Below, piece by piece: positions 31,330-44,891 of a stretch of 64,000 bases of DNA. The DNA is taken from NCBI RefSeq assembly GCF_009914755.1, contig NC_060926.1; one strand, written 5' to 3'. Source of the DNA: the human T2T-CHM13v2.0 reference genome, Homo sapiens. The notes beneath the pieces are model-generated. The model was given only the letters and a program-made list of their open reading frames with translations. It did not search any database and was not told the DNA's origin. How positions within the stretch are numbered: position 1 is the first letter of the stretch; every line of letters starts with the position of its first letter. The translations under genes were made by a program, and so were the position numbers.

Positions 31330-31460
31330 TTCACACTAGAATATGAAGTAGGTGCTATTATTATCCCCAGTAAACGTACAAGAAAACTGAATCGCAGAAA
31401 ACAGAATTATTTGAGCAAAATCACACAGCTAATAAGTAAGTTGAAGAGCAGGGCTTAGGT
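31330..31460 (-). mobile_element. MIR SINE fragment
   Basis: atgaagtaggtgctattattatcccc...agaaaactgaatc...aaatcacacagctaataagt. Confidence 0.7.
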
Positions 31461-31949
31461 TTTGTTTTTTGCTTTGCCCTCTAAATACTGTGTTTCTTCA
31501 TCCCTTTGAAAAGTGAGTCCAGAAGGGTAATTTTACATTTTAGTGAAATAGAGTGAGTGGCTACCTAATTTTGACAGTTCTCATTTATCTGTCTCATTAG
31601 CATGGACAGACCAGATGGACAACCCACCATATAGAAAGAAATTCTGCTGTCATTTCCTGCCAAACCAAAGTGATTCTTCTCTCCCATGTTAACCAACTGT
31701 GTTCACAACCAAACTGCTCTCTGAGTTTTCTGTTTCCAAACCTATGAGAAACAATAGCGGCATGGTGAGTACTAACTTCTGATATGTCAGGTTGATATGA
31801 CAGTAGTACTAGCCCATCATTGTGACGTTAAATCTATTGAAAAATAAACCTTAAATACAGCATTTGTTGTTGCTGCTATTGTTGTTGCTGTCTAATTTTC
31901 TCTTTTTTGTTGAGGGAGAAGGGGGAGAAGGTCTATAAAGAAGAGTCTT

Positions 31950-32212
31950 GGTTGGGTGTCGTGGCTCATGCCTGTAGTCCCAACAGTTTGGGAGCCTGGG
32001 TAGATCACTTGAGCCCACTGGTTCAAGACGAGCCTGGGCAACATAGTGGGATCCCATCTATACAAAAAATTTAAAATGTAGCCAGGTGTGGTAGTGCGTG
32101 TTTGTAGTCCCAACTACTTGGGGGACTGGGACAGGAGTATTGCTTCAGCCCAGGAGTTCAAGGCTGGAGTAAGCCATGATTGTGCCACTGTACTGAAGCC
32201 TAGGTGACACAA
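31950..32212 (+). mobile_element. AluJ-type element
   Basis: gatcacttgagccc...agcctgggcaacatagtggga...gcccaggagttcaaggctg (J-type features); the tail is replaced by a purine microsatellite. Confidence 0.93.
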
Positions 32213-32443
32213 TAGAAAAGAAAAAAGAAGGAAAGGAAAGGAAGAAAGAAGGAAGGAAGGAAGCATGGAAGGAAGGAAGGAAGGAAAGGAGGGAGGGAGG
32301 GTGGAAGGAAGGAAAGGAGGGAGGGGGAGAGAGAAAAAAAGAAAGAGAGAGAGAGAAGAAAGGAAGGAAGGCAGGAAGGGAGGGAGGGAAGGAAGGAGAA
32401 AGGGGAGAGAGAGAGACAGAGAAAGAGAAAAGAAAAGAAAAGA
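32213..32443. repeat. ~230-nt polypurine low-complexity tract (GGAA/GGGA/GAAA/GA units)
   Basis: Almost purely A/G on the plus strand, directly following the Alu; source of spurious ORFs 32114..32569, 32145..32450 and 32265..32456. Confidence 0.95.
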
Positions 32444-33032
32444 TCTCCATCTATAAACCATCTCCATAAATTTCTTGTATACTACCAAGAGAGAAAGCTT
32501 GTGTTGTCCCACCACAGTTGGGCAGGATACATTTGCCAGCCCAAGTAAAAATATGATTAAAATAGGCAAAGCTTGTCATCTCCTGATTTTTACTTTCTCT
32601 ATGTTTTCCTAGCAGCAACTTCCATTTTTCCCAAAGTGCTACCCACCTTAAGGCATCTAATTAGTGCCCACTGTTTTTCCACCCTCCAGTTTGATGCCCA
32701 GCTTTCTATGACATACCCTAAATGAACCACACTTTGTATTTGCTTTCCTATCACCTGCCCCCAATCAAAATTCACTTTTCATTTCTCCTATCACCTGGAA
32801 CCCTGCCAAAAGCTTTTTAGGAAACCAATTACCTAATCTGATAAACTGCTGAGCAATATTTAGCAAGAAATTTGACTAACACTTAAAAACACATGTACCC
32901 AATTCCAGTTCCCACAACTTACAACTACAAAGTTCAAAGGAACAAAAGAAATAAAAACACTCTCCTAAGAGAAAAAGAGATAAGCCTGAGCTTCTATTTA
33001 CCCTGAAGTATATATTTAAAAAATCTATATAG

Positions 33033-33060
33033 AGATAGATAGATAGATAGATAGATAGAT
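33033..33060. repeat. (AGAT)7 tetranucleotide microsatellite
   Basis: Read directly. Confidence 0.95.
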
Positions 33061-36000
33061 ATGGATATCTTGTCATATTCTGTTATGATGTGATAATATG
33101 GAAAGGGAGATTCTTTTGCCCACCCATAATTTACAAATACTGTGTCAGTGAACTTCTAAAGTTGGAAATTACTTTAAAATAATTTGGGAGGGAAAGTATT
33201 TTGGGATATGGAGGCACAAAGGTTCATTAAATATCTACTTCTCTATATATCCAAATTTTCAACATTAAAGGAAAGAGAAAACGAGGAGAACAAATCAATC
33301 AATGAATGGGGGAGCAACAGTTATGAAACTGCAACTATTATAATTCAGAAAACTTTGAAAATGGTTGAAATAGAAAATAAGTGAAAAAACCCTCTAATAA
33401 TGTATGACTGTAAGAGACATGGGTAAAATGCAAGTGATTAAGACTAGTTCAAAATAAATGAGAACTAAATGTTCAGAAAAGACTTTTAAATATTTTCTTA
33501 CAACTAGTAAATTTTCATGTATCTAGTGAATATTTTTAAAGGAACAACATTAATCTTTAAATCACTGACAAATTTAAGATAAAGGACATGGGCTAGCCAT
33601 GGCAAGAAATGGTTTAATGATACCACACATATCACTGACTCAAAATCCTAACTAATTCTAATAGGTTTGACAATTGCAACACATATGGAAGGAAAAAAAA
33701 AGCTATTTACTAAGCTCCTTCTCTAATCCATTTAATAAGGGATGAAATGTTTGGCACCATCTTGACCTATTGTTAAATTAGTCCTAATCATTAAATATCC
33801 CTTTCATAAAGAAAAAAAAATTTGGTGTTAGGTTGAGTTTTTTTAGTATAAATCTATTACAACTAATAAAAAAGCAATTAGAGTTTCTATTTATATGTCC
33901 AACATGTATTAAGTTAGGTCTGTGAAGGCCTAGAGTCTAGGAAGATGAGTAAGGCCCATGAGGGTCAAGTGGAAACATACCAGGCCTGGGAAGAGTATAG
34001 GAGGTAGTTCAGAAAGACTTACAGCATATAGAGCTAGCCAGTGGTTATCCCAGCAATCAACAAACTGGAGCATGGCCCAAAGGTAGGTACACTGAAATCA
34101 GGATATTAGCCAGAACAGAAGAAAAAAAAAAAAGAATAGGTATGTAAGTATGTCATTAGTAGATTCAATTAAATCCAGTATCTATAATATCCTCCAAGTA
34201 GATGCAGGACAGGTGATTGGCAATGATCCAAAACAAAGTCACAGAAGTAATTCACTCTTTTAAACATTTATTGAACTACAATGAGCTCAAAGTCCAATAT
34301 AGACAGAAAGTCAACAAATAATGAGAATATGGCATGATGAGTACACTAATAGATGTGTGGACTCAGGTATAAGGAGAAGATATAAAAGAGGGGATGATCA
34401 AAGAAGTTTGGGTAGGCTGGGGAAGGTTTCTCAAAGAAGATGACTGAATTCCACCTTGAAACATGAAGTTTCACCAGTCACACTTGGTGGGAAGATATCC
34501 CAGAAGGGGGAATAACATGTGCGAATGCAATGGAGTATGAAAAATGGAGTGATCATCAGGTACCAGTCATGGGGAAAGTGGGTTTTCAGGGCAAGAAACT
34601 CAAGACCCTGAGAGCAAACCATAAAATCATGCCCTGAGGAACCGAGGTACCAAGGTCAGACCAGAACTGACATTAAATGTGACTGTGTACTAAACTAGTG
34701 AGCTACTACACCCCTCCTAATATCCTCTGGGGGTAGGGTCCAGAATCTGAGTCCATTAACGATATTCAATTGTAAAGGTCAGAGGTCTGGCTGCAAAGTC
34801 AGGGAGGTCCTTAAATAAGTTTAAATAAGAACTAAACTAGTTATATTTTAATAAGAACTTTATAGACCTAAAGAAAGGTCTCTGAAGAGCAAGTGGGACT
34901 CATGATCAAGTTAAAGGCAAGTGAGGCTGACTACAAGTTACCCAATAGTGATGAAATATCTAGGATTTTGATAACATGTCAAACAGAAATTTTTCTAGTT
35001 TTGTTCTATACATTGTTATGTGCTATATGTTAAAACAGTTTTTCATGAAATCAAGCAGCAATAAATGTATACTTAAGGCTTGCAATAGAAAAACTATTGT
35101 GCTAAGTTTGAGGAATAAATATAACGATAAAGAATGATCCTTACTCTCAAGAAGTTTACAGCCAAATTAAGGAAATAAAACAGCTATCTAGAAATATGAG
35201 CAAATATACAAGGTACAGCAAATGTCAATAGGTCCCTTCTTTTATAAACCAATGTACTTTTTACTAGCTTATCCTGTGATGTTATATTAATGCAAGAAAT
35301 AAGATTTATAATGATAAAAACATAGATAAAAGGAAGAAAAGGTACATTTGCACAAAAGAATCTGTGCTAATGTTAGCAATGAAGCAAACCCTCTGACTAA
35401 GTCAACTTTAAAACTCTAAGTTTATTGGATTTAGAACTTAACACATATATAGTCAATATCCCATATCATTCAAATTACTCAAGGCACTCAGTATACAGAA
35501 TATGAAGAAATATTTAGATCATCGGAACTTGCCTATTATAAAGCAAGGGTTAAAAATACTCTTCTTCAAAGTTTGGTGAGTGTGTGAGTAAGAAACACCT
35601 GCTGCCAACTCCATACAGATAGCAAAAAGACTCATAAATTTCACTGACAATTTTTTTGGATGGGGTTTCAGCTAATTCACTTATTACATCCATAAACACT
35701 GGAGACATTTCACTACTTTTGACAGTTCAAGTTTTCCTTCTAAAATATGTTTGCAAAATATAATTTCAGAGGAGAAATGTTGCTTTGGTTTGCAGGGTTT
35801 TTAACAATTCATTTAGAGGTCCAGAAAAGCATTTTATATTTCTTTTCCTTCATATGTCTGCTTATTTGATGGTAATTTTATACCTCTGAGACAACAAAAT
35901 GACTTTTTAAACCTTCAGTTAAAATGAGCCATATAGTTGAAAAGTCTATTAAAAACTATAGCCAGAAAGTAAGACATGCTAAAATTAAACACTACTTTAA

Positions 36001-36063
36001 GTAATGAAAACACTCTGCTTTTGCAATGTTTGAAGTTCAAATAACTTCTATAAGTTCTAGTGC

Positions 36064-36890
<827 letters not shown>

Positions 36891-36899
36891 TAGAATACA

Positions 36900-37225
36900 G
36901 ATTATTTGGAGTAAGTCAGGCCTCAGTTTAAATACCCAAACTGACACTTGTCACCTGCCAATTATTCAAGTACACCTGTCTAAACTACAGTAAAGTGAGC
37001 ATATGATGTGGAATTCAACCACCTTGATTTTGCATCCCAAACCTGTCACTTACCAGCTGTATATCACAGAGCATATTAGTCAGCCTCAGTTTCCCTGGAA
37101 TGCTTCCCTGGCTTAGAAATTTGAGATAATAACTTTCCAGGGAAGCTTTAAGGAGTAAATTGTATAGACTGTATGAAAGTACCTCACACAGTACCTAACA
37201 TATAGGGATACTCAATAAATAATAG
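36900..37225 (+). mobile_element. MIR SINE fragments
   Basis: tgtcacttaccagctgt...cagcctcagtttccc...cacagtacctaacatatagggatactcaataaat. Confidence 0.65.
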
Positions 37226-40200
37226 TTCTGTTCCTCACTACAAAAGATTCTCCTAAACTACAGTTTACTCACAGCAATGTTAATTTCATTCTTATGGTCA
37301 GTGTTAGAAAAGTGCTTAGTAATCATTTTTATTATGGCTTTGGGGTAAGGAAATGAACATATATGAAATCTTACAGAAGTAACAAGGTCTACAAAAAGGT
37401 TTCTGAAAAAAATCATAAGATGATAAAATGTATCTATGTCACTCTAAAAAAGAAATTGAAAAAAAAAAACAGGTTCCTTCAACTCTCCCTTTCTTAAGTA
37501 TTTTCTGTTACTATTAAGTCCCAATATCAGGTGATGAGCATTATCTGAAGGCCTTTTACACATGAAAAAATATTATCATGCCTTCTCTAATCTGAAAGAA
37601 TAAAATAACATTAAGCCTTGTTGAAGTTGTACTTTGTAACCTTTAGAGCCCATCACATACTTACAACTCTCTTTGCTCATGTAGTATCCCTTTGCATTGG
37701 ATGTCCTCATTTGTCCTCATTTTCTAGCTTTCATGATTCAAGGTCCAGTTTCAATGTGATTTCCTAAAAGAATATCCCTTTCTGTCCAATTTTGGTGAAA
37801 TTAATGGCTCCTAACAGAATAGTGAATCTACACCGCAAATATAATTTAACTGTCACTTCTATTACGCTGTACGCTATGACCCAAGAACAATCTTATTCAT
37901 CTCTGCATTCCAGGCACTTAACACAGTGGCTGGCACACAATAATGTTCAAAAAATATTTACAGAATCAAGTTGAATTCTTCCCCAAGTCATCTTTCTCTT
38001 TTAAAACACTTAGAAACACTTAGAAACAGATGATGTTAAAAGCAATTTTTAGTAAGCATTTTTAAAATCGAAAGGTGAGCTCCTTCTTTTATTAAAAGGC
38101 ACTAAAGAGCAATTAAATATTTTTCAAATTATGTATGTTTTTAAACAAAAAGCCTTTTGGACACATGTTCTTATTATGAGCCAAATTTGCCAGCAAGGCA
38201 AGTGACACTATTGACATCTTAGGGTATAAATGGCTTATATATTAACATACCAACACTAAATATATTAATGTATTTCAATATGATTCATTTAAACATGGCT
38301 TTGTTTAAAAAATCTAGTTAGGACTTTATTCACCATGATCTTATTCCAGAAACTATTTTTAAAGTTTCATTTATAAATGCAGTAAAATTAGAGTTTATTC
38401 ATCAACTCATGAGAGTTGGCAGTGCTGGTTTCACCATGGTGTAATAAAAGAATGAGAGAGTGGATATCTACTCAGTGAAGGTGTTGCAGCATTAATGATA
38501 GGGAAACTGACCTGAGAAAAACACCTGAAACCCATAACATAATCTGTAGAATGAAGGAGGCAACACGATGTTGGGTCAGCCTGCCAGACAATGCATGCAC
38601 TCTATTTAAGAACTATCGCATCCTGCTGTATAACCTCTTTATGTTTTGCTATACATACAGAAGAGCAGGTCTCCTTTCTCGATTATCCTTAAGGAGGTTG
38701 CAGCCTTGTTAATGATAGGTGTCAAGATCTCCAAAAGAGATGGACTTTACTCACTGGAAAATGTTGAGACTTTCCGGGATCACTCTGGCCAAGTTCTTAA
38801 ACTTGAGAAGGTGGTGATTAAAAGTTAGCAAGTGGTTCTGCAGTGGTGAGACGTGGGGTAAAGAATAATTGCTAACCCAAACTGAGGGCAACACCAAATG
38901 CTAACTTCACCAAATTAAAGAAAACAAAACTGCTTAGTATAGGAATCATTACTCCACTAAAAACATAAATTACTTGGACTTGGAAAAAAACTTTTGAATT
39001 TTCACCTAAAACACTGTACTAGTGAACCTTATGTTCAGCAATATTCAACAATACTTCTTGGTATTCAAATATAACTCCATGTGAGCATGTAGAATCCAGG
39101 GAAAGAATCCCTGGAATGCTGTAACTGTTTGAATAGTTCATATCCTGCAAATACCTACATCCAAAAAGAAAAAAGAGTTGGAAGAAAGCTGCAAATGTTA
39201 CTAATTTACCAGTACTAAATACCAACAAAATATAGTTTTAACAATGCAAAATAATATATGATATGATGTATGATTTACAAAAAACAGACTAAAATAAGCT
39301 CTAAATTTCTGTGGACAAGATGAATGTGTGTGGCTGAAGGGAAGCAAAAGTGATCCTGATCCCATGGTATTAAGGTAGTTCAGGTGAGTATGATTATTTT
39401 TCACACATAAACACTAGCCCGGAAGCTCACCTTTACTGCATATCCCTAAAGATGTCCAGAGATTGCTAGGCTTCCTCAGCAACGACTACAGGGACTAGGA
39501 ACTCTTTCAGAGAGACCCCCTACTCTCCAGCCTCCAAACAGTCAGGCACTAGTCCAGCAGCCCTTGGCTGTGCTCAAGCAAAGAATTTTAGGAATGGGTA
39601 AAGGAATGGCACATTCCCTAGAGAGTTTAGTGTGGAATGGGAGTGGAGGGGGGAGGAAAAGAGGGCACCCTTCACATCCCTGTCAATCAACTATTATTAA
39701 CTATTATGCTGATGGAATGGAATCTAACGTTATACTGGCTAAGACTGGCTTTCCTCCAGGTTCAACACTATTGCCAAAAAACAGACTGTGGTTTTATTAA
39801 GTGATCTGGCCTTTGCTCCATAAAGATCTCCCTGTTAATGCAATAGGGAGAATATCAATATAATATTCTCTAATATATATTTACTCTATTCTGAATAAAA
39901 CACCTTCCACAATACCAGTACACTTAAAGTGGTAATCTTAGGTTTTGAAACAAAAGGTAGGGGAAGTCAAATCAGTGGAAAACCCGAGCAAATCAAAGGT
40001 CTTGATATGCAATGTATAGTAAAATTGACCCAAGCAGAGCAGAGGAAAAAAAATGCTAATTTAAACACTGCCTGTTGCTGTATTTGACTCATTATTTCTG
40101 TGGGAACTTTGATTTGCATAAAGGCATGGCAGATCTTAAGAGGCAGCAAACATTTACTCATGTCACTAATCACATTTATAATTCAGAAAGTTCCTCACAC

Positions 40201-40349
40201 GTACGCATAAAATTCAAAATCCTGATTTTAATACTTTGTAGTTCTGAGGAAAAAAATGCAACTCATTTAAAAAGAAAAAGTTGTTTTATTTACATTAGTG
40301 TGTGTGTATATATGTATACTACACATGTGAAATGACTATCCATTACTAA

Positions 40350-41257
40350 TTTATTTTTTAATTATACTTTAAGTTCTAGGGTACATGTGCACAACATGCA
40401 GGTTTGTTACACATGTATACATGTGCCATGTTGGTGTGCTGCACCCGTTAACTCATCATTTACATTAGGTATATCTCCTAATGCTATCCCTCTACCCTCC
40501 CCACTCCCTGCACCCCATGACAGGCCCCAGTGTGTGATGTTCCCCACCCTGTGTCCAAGTGTTCTCATTGTTCAGTTCCCACCTATGAGTGAGAACATGC
40601 GGTGTTTGGTTTTCTGTCCTTGCGATAGTTTGCTCATAATGATGGTTTCCAGCTTCATCCATGTCCCTACAAAGGACATGAACTCATCCTTTTTCGTGGC
40701 TGCATAGTATTTATTCCATGGTGTATATGTGCCACATTTTCTTAATCCAGTCTATCACTGATGGACATTTGGGTTGGTTCCAAGTCTTTGCTATTGTGAA
40801 TAGTGCCTCAATAAACACACGTGTGCATGTGTCTTTATAGCAGCATGATTTATAATCCTTTGGGTATATACCCAGTAATGGGATGGCTGGGTCAAATGAT
40901 ATTTCTAGTTCTAGATCCCTGAGGAATTGCCACACTGTCTTCCACAATGGTTGAATTAGTTTACAGTCCCAGCAACAGTGTAAAAGTGTTCCCATTTCTC
41001 CACATCCTCTCCAGCACCTGCTGTTTCCTGACTTGTTAATGATCGCCATTCTAACTGGTGTGAGATGGTATCTCATTGTGGTTTTGATTTGCATTTCTCT
41101 GATGGCCAGTGATGATGAGCATTTTTCCATGTGTCTGTCAGCTACATAAATGTCTTCTTTCGAGAAGTGTCTGTTCATATCCTTTGCCCACTTTTTGATG
41201 GGGTTGTTTGATTTTTTTCTTGTAAATTTGTTTAAGTTCTTTGTAGATTCTGGATAT
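40350..41257 (-). mobile_element. 5'-truncated primate L1 (L1PA-type): ORF2 C-terminus plus 3' UTR
   Basis: Canonical L1PA 3' end (ttatactttaagttctagggtacatgtgcacaacatgcagg). Track ORF 40711..41178 ([11 protein letters not shown]...[21 protein letters not shown]...[10 protein letters not shown]) is the ORF2p cysteine-rich C-terminal region, ended early by a TATT duplication near 40708-40715. Confidence 0.96.
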
Positions 41258-41329
41258 ACTAAGTATTAATTTATATCCAATTTCATTCCAAAGCTGATAT
41301 TTAAAAACAGCTTTAAAAATAATTTTCCT

Positions 41330-41630
41330 GGCCTGGCACAGTGGCTCACACCTGTAATCTTAGCAATTTGAGAGGCTGAGGCAGGGGGATCATTTGAAGT
41401 CAAGAGTTTGAAACCAGCCTGGCCAACATGGTGAAACCTCCTCTCTAGTAAAAACATAAAAATTAGCCAGTCATAGTGGTGGGCGGCTGTAATCACACCA
41501 CTTGGGAATCTGAGGCAGGAGAATCGCTTGAACCCAGAAGGCGGAGGTTAGAGTGAGCCAAGATTGCGCCACTGCACTCCAGTCTGGGCAACAGAGCGAG
41601 ACTCTGTCTCAAAATAAATAAATAAATAAA
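41330..41630 (+). mobile_element. AluS-type element with (TAAA)n tail
   Basis: ggcctggcacagtggctcacacctgtaatc...gcgagactctgtctcaaaataaataaataaataaa. Confidence 0.96.
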
Positions 41631-41949
41631 GTTCATTTTACCAAAATTAATAACAACAATAATGGAAGATATTTATTAGGTGCTAATTACTTGTCAAGAA
41701 TTACACTGAGTTTCACAAACATTATCTAATGTTACCTTCAAAGAACCCAGTGAAATAAGTAATATATCCCCACCTATAAGTGAGGACACTAAGTCTTAAA
41801 AAACTGTTGGGTAGCTTTGGTTCTCTGCTGCATTGTAAGGGAAACCATAATTGCACTACTCTGCAGGAGCATCCTGGCTCTCGAATCCTTTGGCTAAGAC
41901 ATTTTGATTAAGACTCATCTTGATTTGAGATTCTAGGAATGACTCTCAA

Positions 41950-42400
41950 GCTTCACCTGTTCAAAACAGAGCTCTTCATTTCCCCAAGTCAGTAAGTGAC
42001 ATCACTATTCACCAGGCTACTTAAGCCAAACACTAGCAGTCACTCCTTAGACCTCTTTTTCCCTCACATGCCGCTTCCAATCCATCAGCAAGTCCAACAG
42101 GCTCTACTTACAAAAGACCACTTCTCACCACCCCCACTGCTCCTGCTCTAGTTGGATACACCACCATCTTTCACACAAATCACTTTCACGCAGACCTTCT
42201 CACTTCAGCTCAGGCCTCTTCACTTTTGTGCAGGCCTCCTCACAGGGCACCTTGCTTGCAGTCCTCTCCCTTTGTCCACTCTCCACATGGGACCCAGATA
42301 ATTTATGAAATATATGATCACCCCATACAGATCTCTCCCCTCTTTCAGACCACTGTAACCAAACCAAACTGGTACCCTTGCTGTTCCTCAAGTACACCAA
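41950..42400 (+). mobile_element. L2 LINE fragment
   Basis: cttcacctgttcaaaacagagctc...ccaatccatcagcaagtcc..., typical L2 3' body. Confidence 0.7.
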
Positions 42401-43451
42401 ATATGCAAAGTGTCACAATTCCCAAGAATGATTCTAACTAGAAAATCCACTGCTTTTGTAATAGAACATTTTTGGCTGACAGATCATGGGCCAAAAATTT
42501 AACCTCCACTCTCCAGGCCCAATCTGGTTTGTAACCATGTACATGCATGGCAACCCTTATTCTGTTACGGGGAGAAGGAGGAGGAAATTGGGAGAATTCT
42601 GTAAGGGGGAGAAGGGTTAGTAAAAGGTAAGTATAGAGAAAAAAGTAGAGCCTAGCATCTGTTCTTCATTGGACTCCTTGCCTGAGATTAAATGCTTACA
42701 GTAAAGGAATGACAGCCAAAAAATGATGGAACTGAAATGAAATTCTGGAAAAAAGATTATGACCAGAAATTGATCAAGAGACACTTCCTGATACTCTGGG
42801 CACTAGCAGAGCTTCTTTAAGGCCCAGACAATACAATATCACTCACAGCTGGGGAGAGACCTCCTGCCAAAACACCCAGAAGCATCCTTGACTCAAGCAC
42901 TGATTTTCTCCTGATAGGAAGTAACAACAAAGGGTCTTTGCCAATGGACCTCCTGAGCTGTGGATGCAAACATTTGGGAACTAGGGGAGAAATGTGGGCA
43001 GTGTGTGTTAGTGACAGCTGAGAGAATGGTTTCTGGACATATGTGAGGTGACAGTGGATTCCTAGAGGGTCACAGGTACATGGTGAAGAAGGTGAATTTA
43101 TATGAATCAGGCCAGTGCGGCCAGTAGTAGAGAGTCAGAACTATCTCAATCTGCTCACTAAAGTATATGTGTCTTTATGCAGAAGTCAAGGCTGGTAAGG
43201 TCTGTAAACATCTTGGTTCTGCCTTTAGGTTAAGTCCAATTTTTTTTCTTTTCCTCTAACATTTCTAAAGGAGACTAAACAAACATGGTCTTTTCTGTCA
43301 CTAACTCCAGGCTCACTTACTTTGGCATTCACATTTCTATTTGATGCTTTGGCTATACACAGACAGAAGACAATTATACAATAAAATGGTTTTATATCAT
43401 ACTCTTTTCACCAAAAAACAAGCCAATTTAAAAACTAAGTTTCTTTAAAAA

Positions 43452-43826
43452 TTGCAGATGTAATGAATTAAGGTAAGATGAAGTCGTACTAGAGTAGGGT
43501 GAGCCCTTAATCTATTGTGACTGGTGTCCTTACAAAAAGGGAAAGTTTAGACAGAGACATGCATATGGGGTGAATGCTGTGAACATGAAGGCAAAGATGA
43601 GGGTGATGCAGATATAAGCCAGGAACACCAAGGAATATCAGCAGCCATCAGCAGCCAGGGGAGAGGGACATAGCAGATTCTCCCTCACAGCCCTCACATG
43701 AAACCAATACTGCTTACACCTTAATCTCAGACTTCCAGCCTCCAGAACTGTGAGGCAATAAACTTCTGTTGTTTAAGCCACCCAGTCTGTGGTAGTTCGT
43801 TACAGCAAACCAAGGAAATTAATACA
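43452..43826 (+). mobile_element. MLT1 (ERVL-MaLR) solo LTR, MLT1B/C-like, 5' end missing
   Basis: ttgcagatgtaat...gactggtgtccttac...gacttccagcctccagaactgtgaggcaataaacttctgttgtttaagccacccagtctgtggta...ggaaattaataca. Confidence 0.9.
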
Positions 43827-44470
43827 GGCTCAGATGAGATATATTTTAGGAACCAGAAAGGAGATGCAGAAGTGATTGGGACACTACAGCAAGAACATTT
43901 TGAAGTCCTTCAGAGGAAAGGAAAGGTGCCAAAGGACCAGAGACGGGCTAATTTTACGATTTTTAAAGGCAAAGGATGTGAATTTTGTCAATCTAAGATA
44001 AATATGCTTACAATGAACCCATTAAAATTGGAAGGTAAGTGTTTGTGTAACAACTTTTTAAAAAGTATGATCCAATATGGGTTCACTAAAAATAATATTT
44101 TTATTGTTGATGGAATTATTAAACTGGTAGTTTAAAAATGTGGACTTTGTTCATTCTGAACTTAATTCCATATCTGAAGAAAGCTCTCATAATGTTCTTG
44201 AGGTCGAAATGGAGAAATATGTAGGAAATAATATGAGAGGTACATTCATAACAGGTTGAACAACCACACCCAAACAGTATTGATTAATGACAAGATGTTA
44301 ACTTGAAAACAGATCTCAGGTTGTGTGCCATAGGGCTATTTTCACAAGATTGAAAAGAAACTTGCAAGGCATGTTTATCAAACCTGTGCATGACACACAG
44401 CTGACAAGGATACCTGATCCCCTCAATGGCTGAGTTTTGATTCCAGAAATCATCCGTCTGAAGAAGAAAG
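43827..44470 (+). mobile_element. CR1/L3 LINE reverse-transcriptase fossil
   Basis: GSDEIYFR...AEVIGTL..HFE...GKVPKDQRRANFTIFKGKG...IQYGFTKN; HNRLNNHTQTVLIND...ISGCVP*G; LQGMFIKPVHDTQL (44362-44403). Collinear with CR1 RT motifs GPDEIHPR/GEVPEDWRRAN/QHGF/SGVPQG/IKFADDTKL. Confidence 0.8.
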
Positions 44471-44737
44471 GAATTAGAGATGTTAACCAAGAGAAAAACA
44501 ACAGGGAAAGGTAGATATGAGATCAAGGCTGGATTTATGAAAGATGTGGGATCAAAGTAGCTTATGCAGAAAAGATGTGAAAATTTAATAAAAGAAAGAA
44601 TATTCTATTTCTCTGTGTAACTGTCACTCTAGTGCTAATATATTTTACTTAATTATTGCTGGTCCTCTCCATGGCCACTAGCTTCCCCATTTCTTCCCTT
44701 ACATTTTCCAATCCATTCTGTGAAAGAGAGTATAAGC

Positions 44738-44780
44738 TGTGTGTGTGTGTGTGCGTGTGTGTGTGTGTATGTGTGTGTGT
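44738..44780. repeat. Interrupted (TG)n microsatellite
   Basis: Read directly, with single GC and TA interruptions. Confidence 0.93.
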
Positions 44781-44891
44781 ACTCATACTATTTTTATTTA
44801 ATTTATTTACTTATTATTTTTTGTTTATTATATTTTTATTAATTTATCTATTTTATTTATTATACTAGTATTTGTATACATGCACATACTA

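Noticed and set aside
32114-32569. 151-aa hydrophobic Ser/Leu/Pro/Phe-rich ORF resembling a membrane protein
   Set aside because: Translation of the pyrimidine strand of the microsatellite plus Alu.
38004-38028. Short tandem duplication AAACACTTAG x2.5 (similar ones near 37703 and 50240)
   Set aside because: Ordinary slippage products of about 10 bp with no evident motif consequence.
39848-39870. 8-bp hairpin GAGAATAT...ATATTCTC
   Set aside because: AT-rich and expected by chance in 64 kb; too short for a pre-miRNA.
42480-43250. GC-richer segments that may be old LTRs (also about 21920-22130, 45370-45800 and 47210-47480 with paired ORFs)
   Set aside because: I could not match them to a consensus or a protein family by eye; left uncalled pending RepeatMasker.
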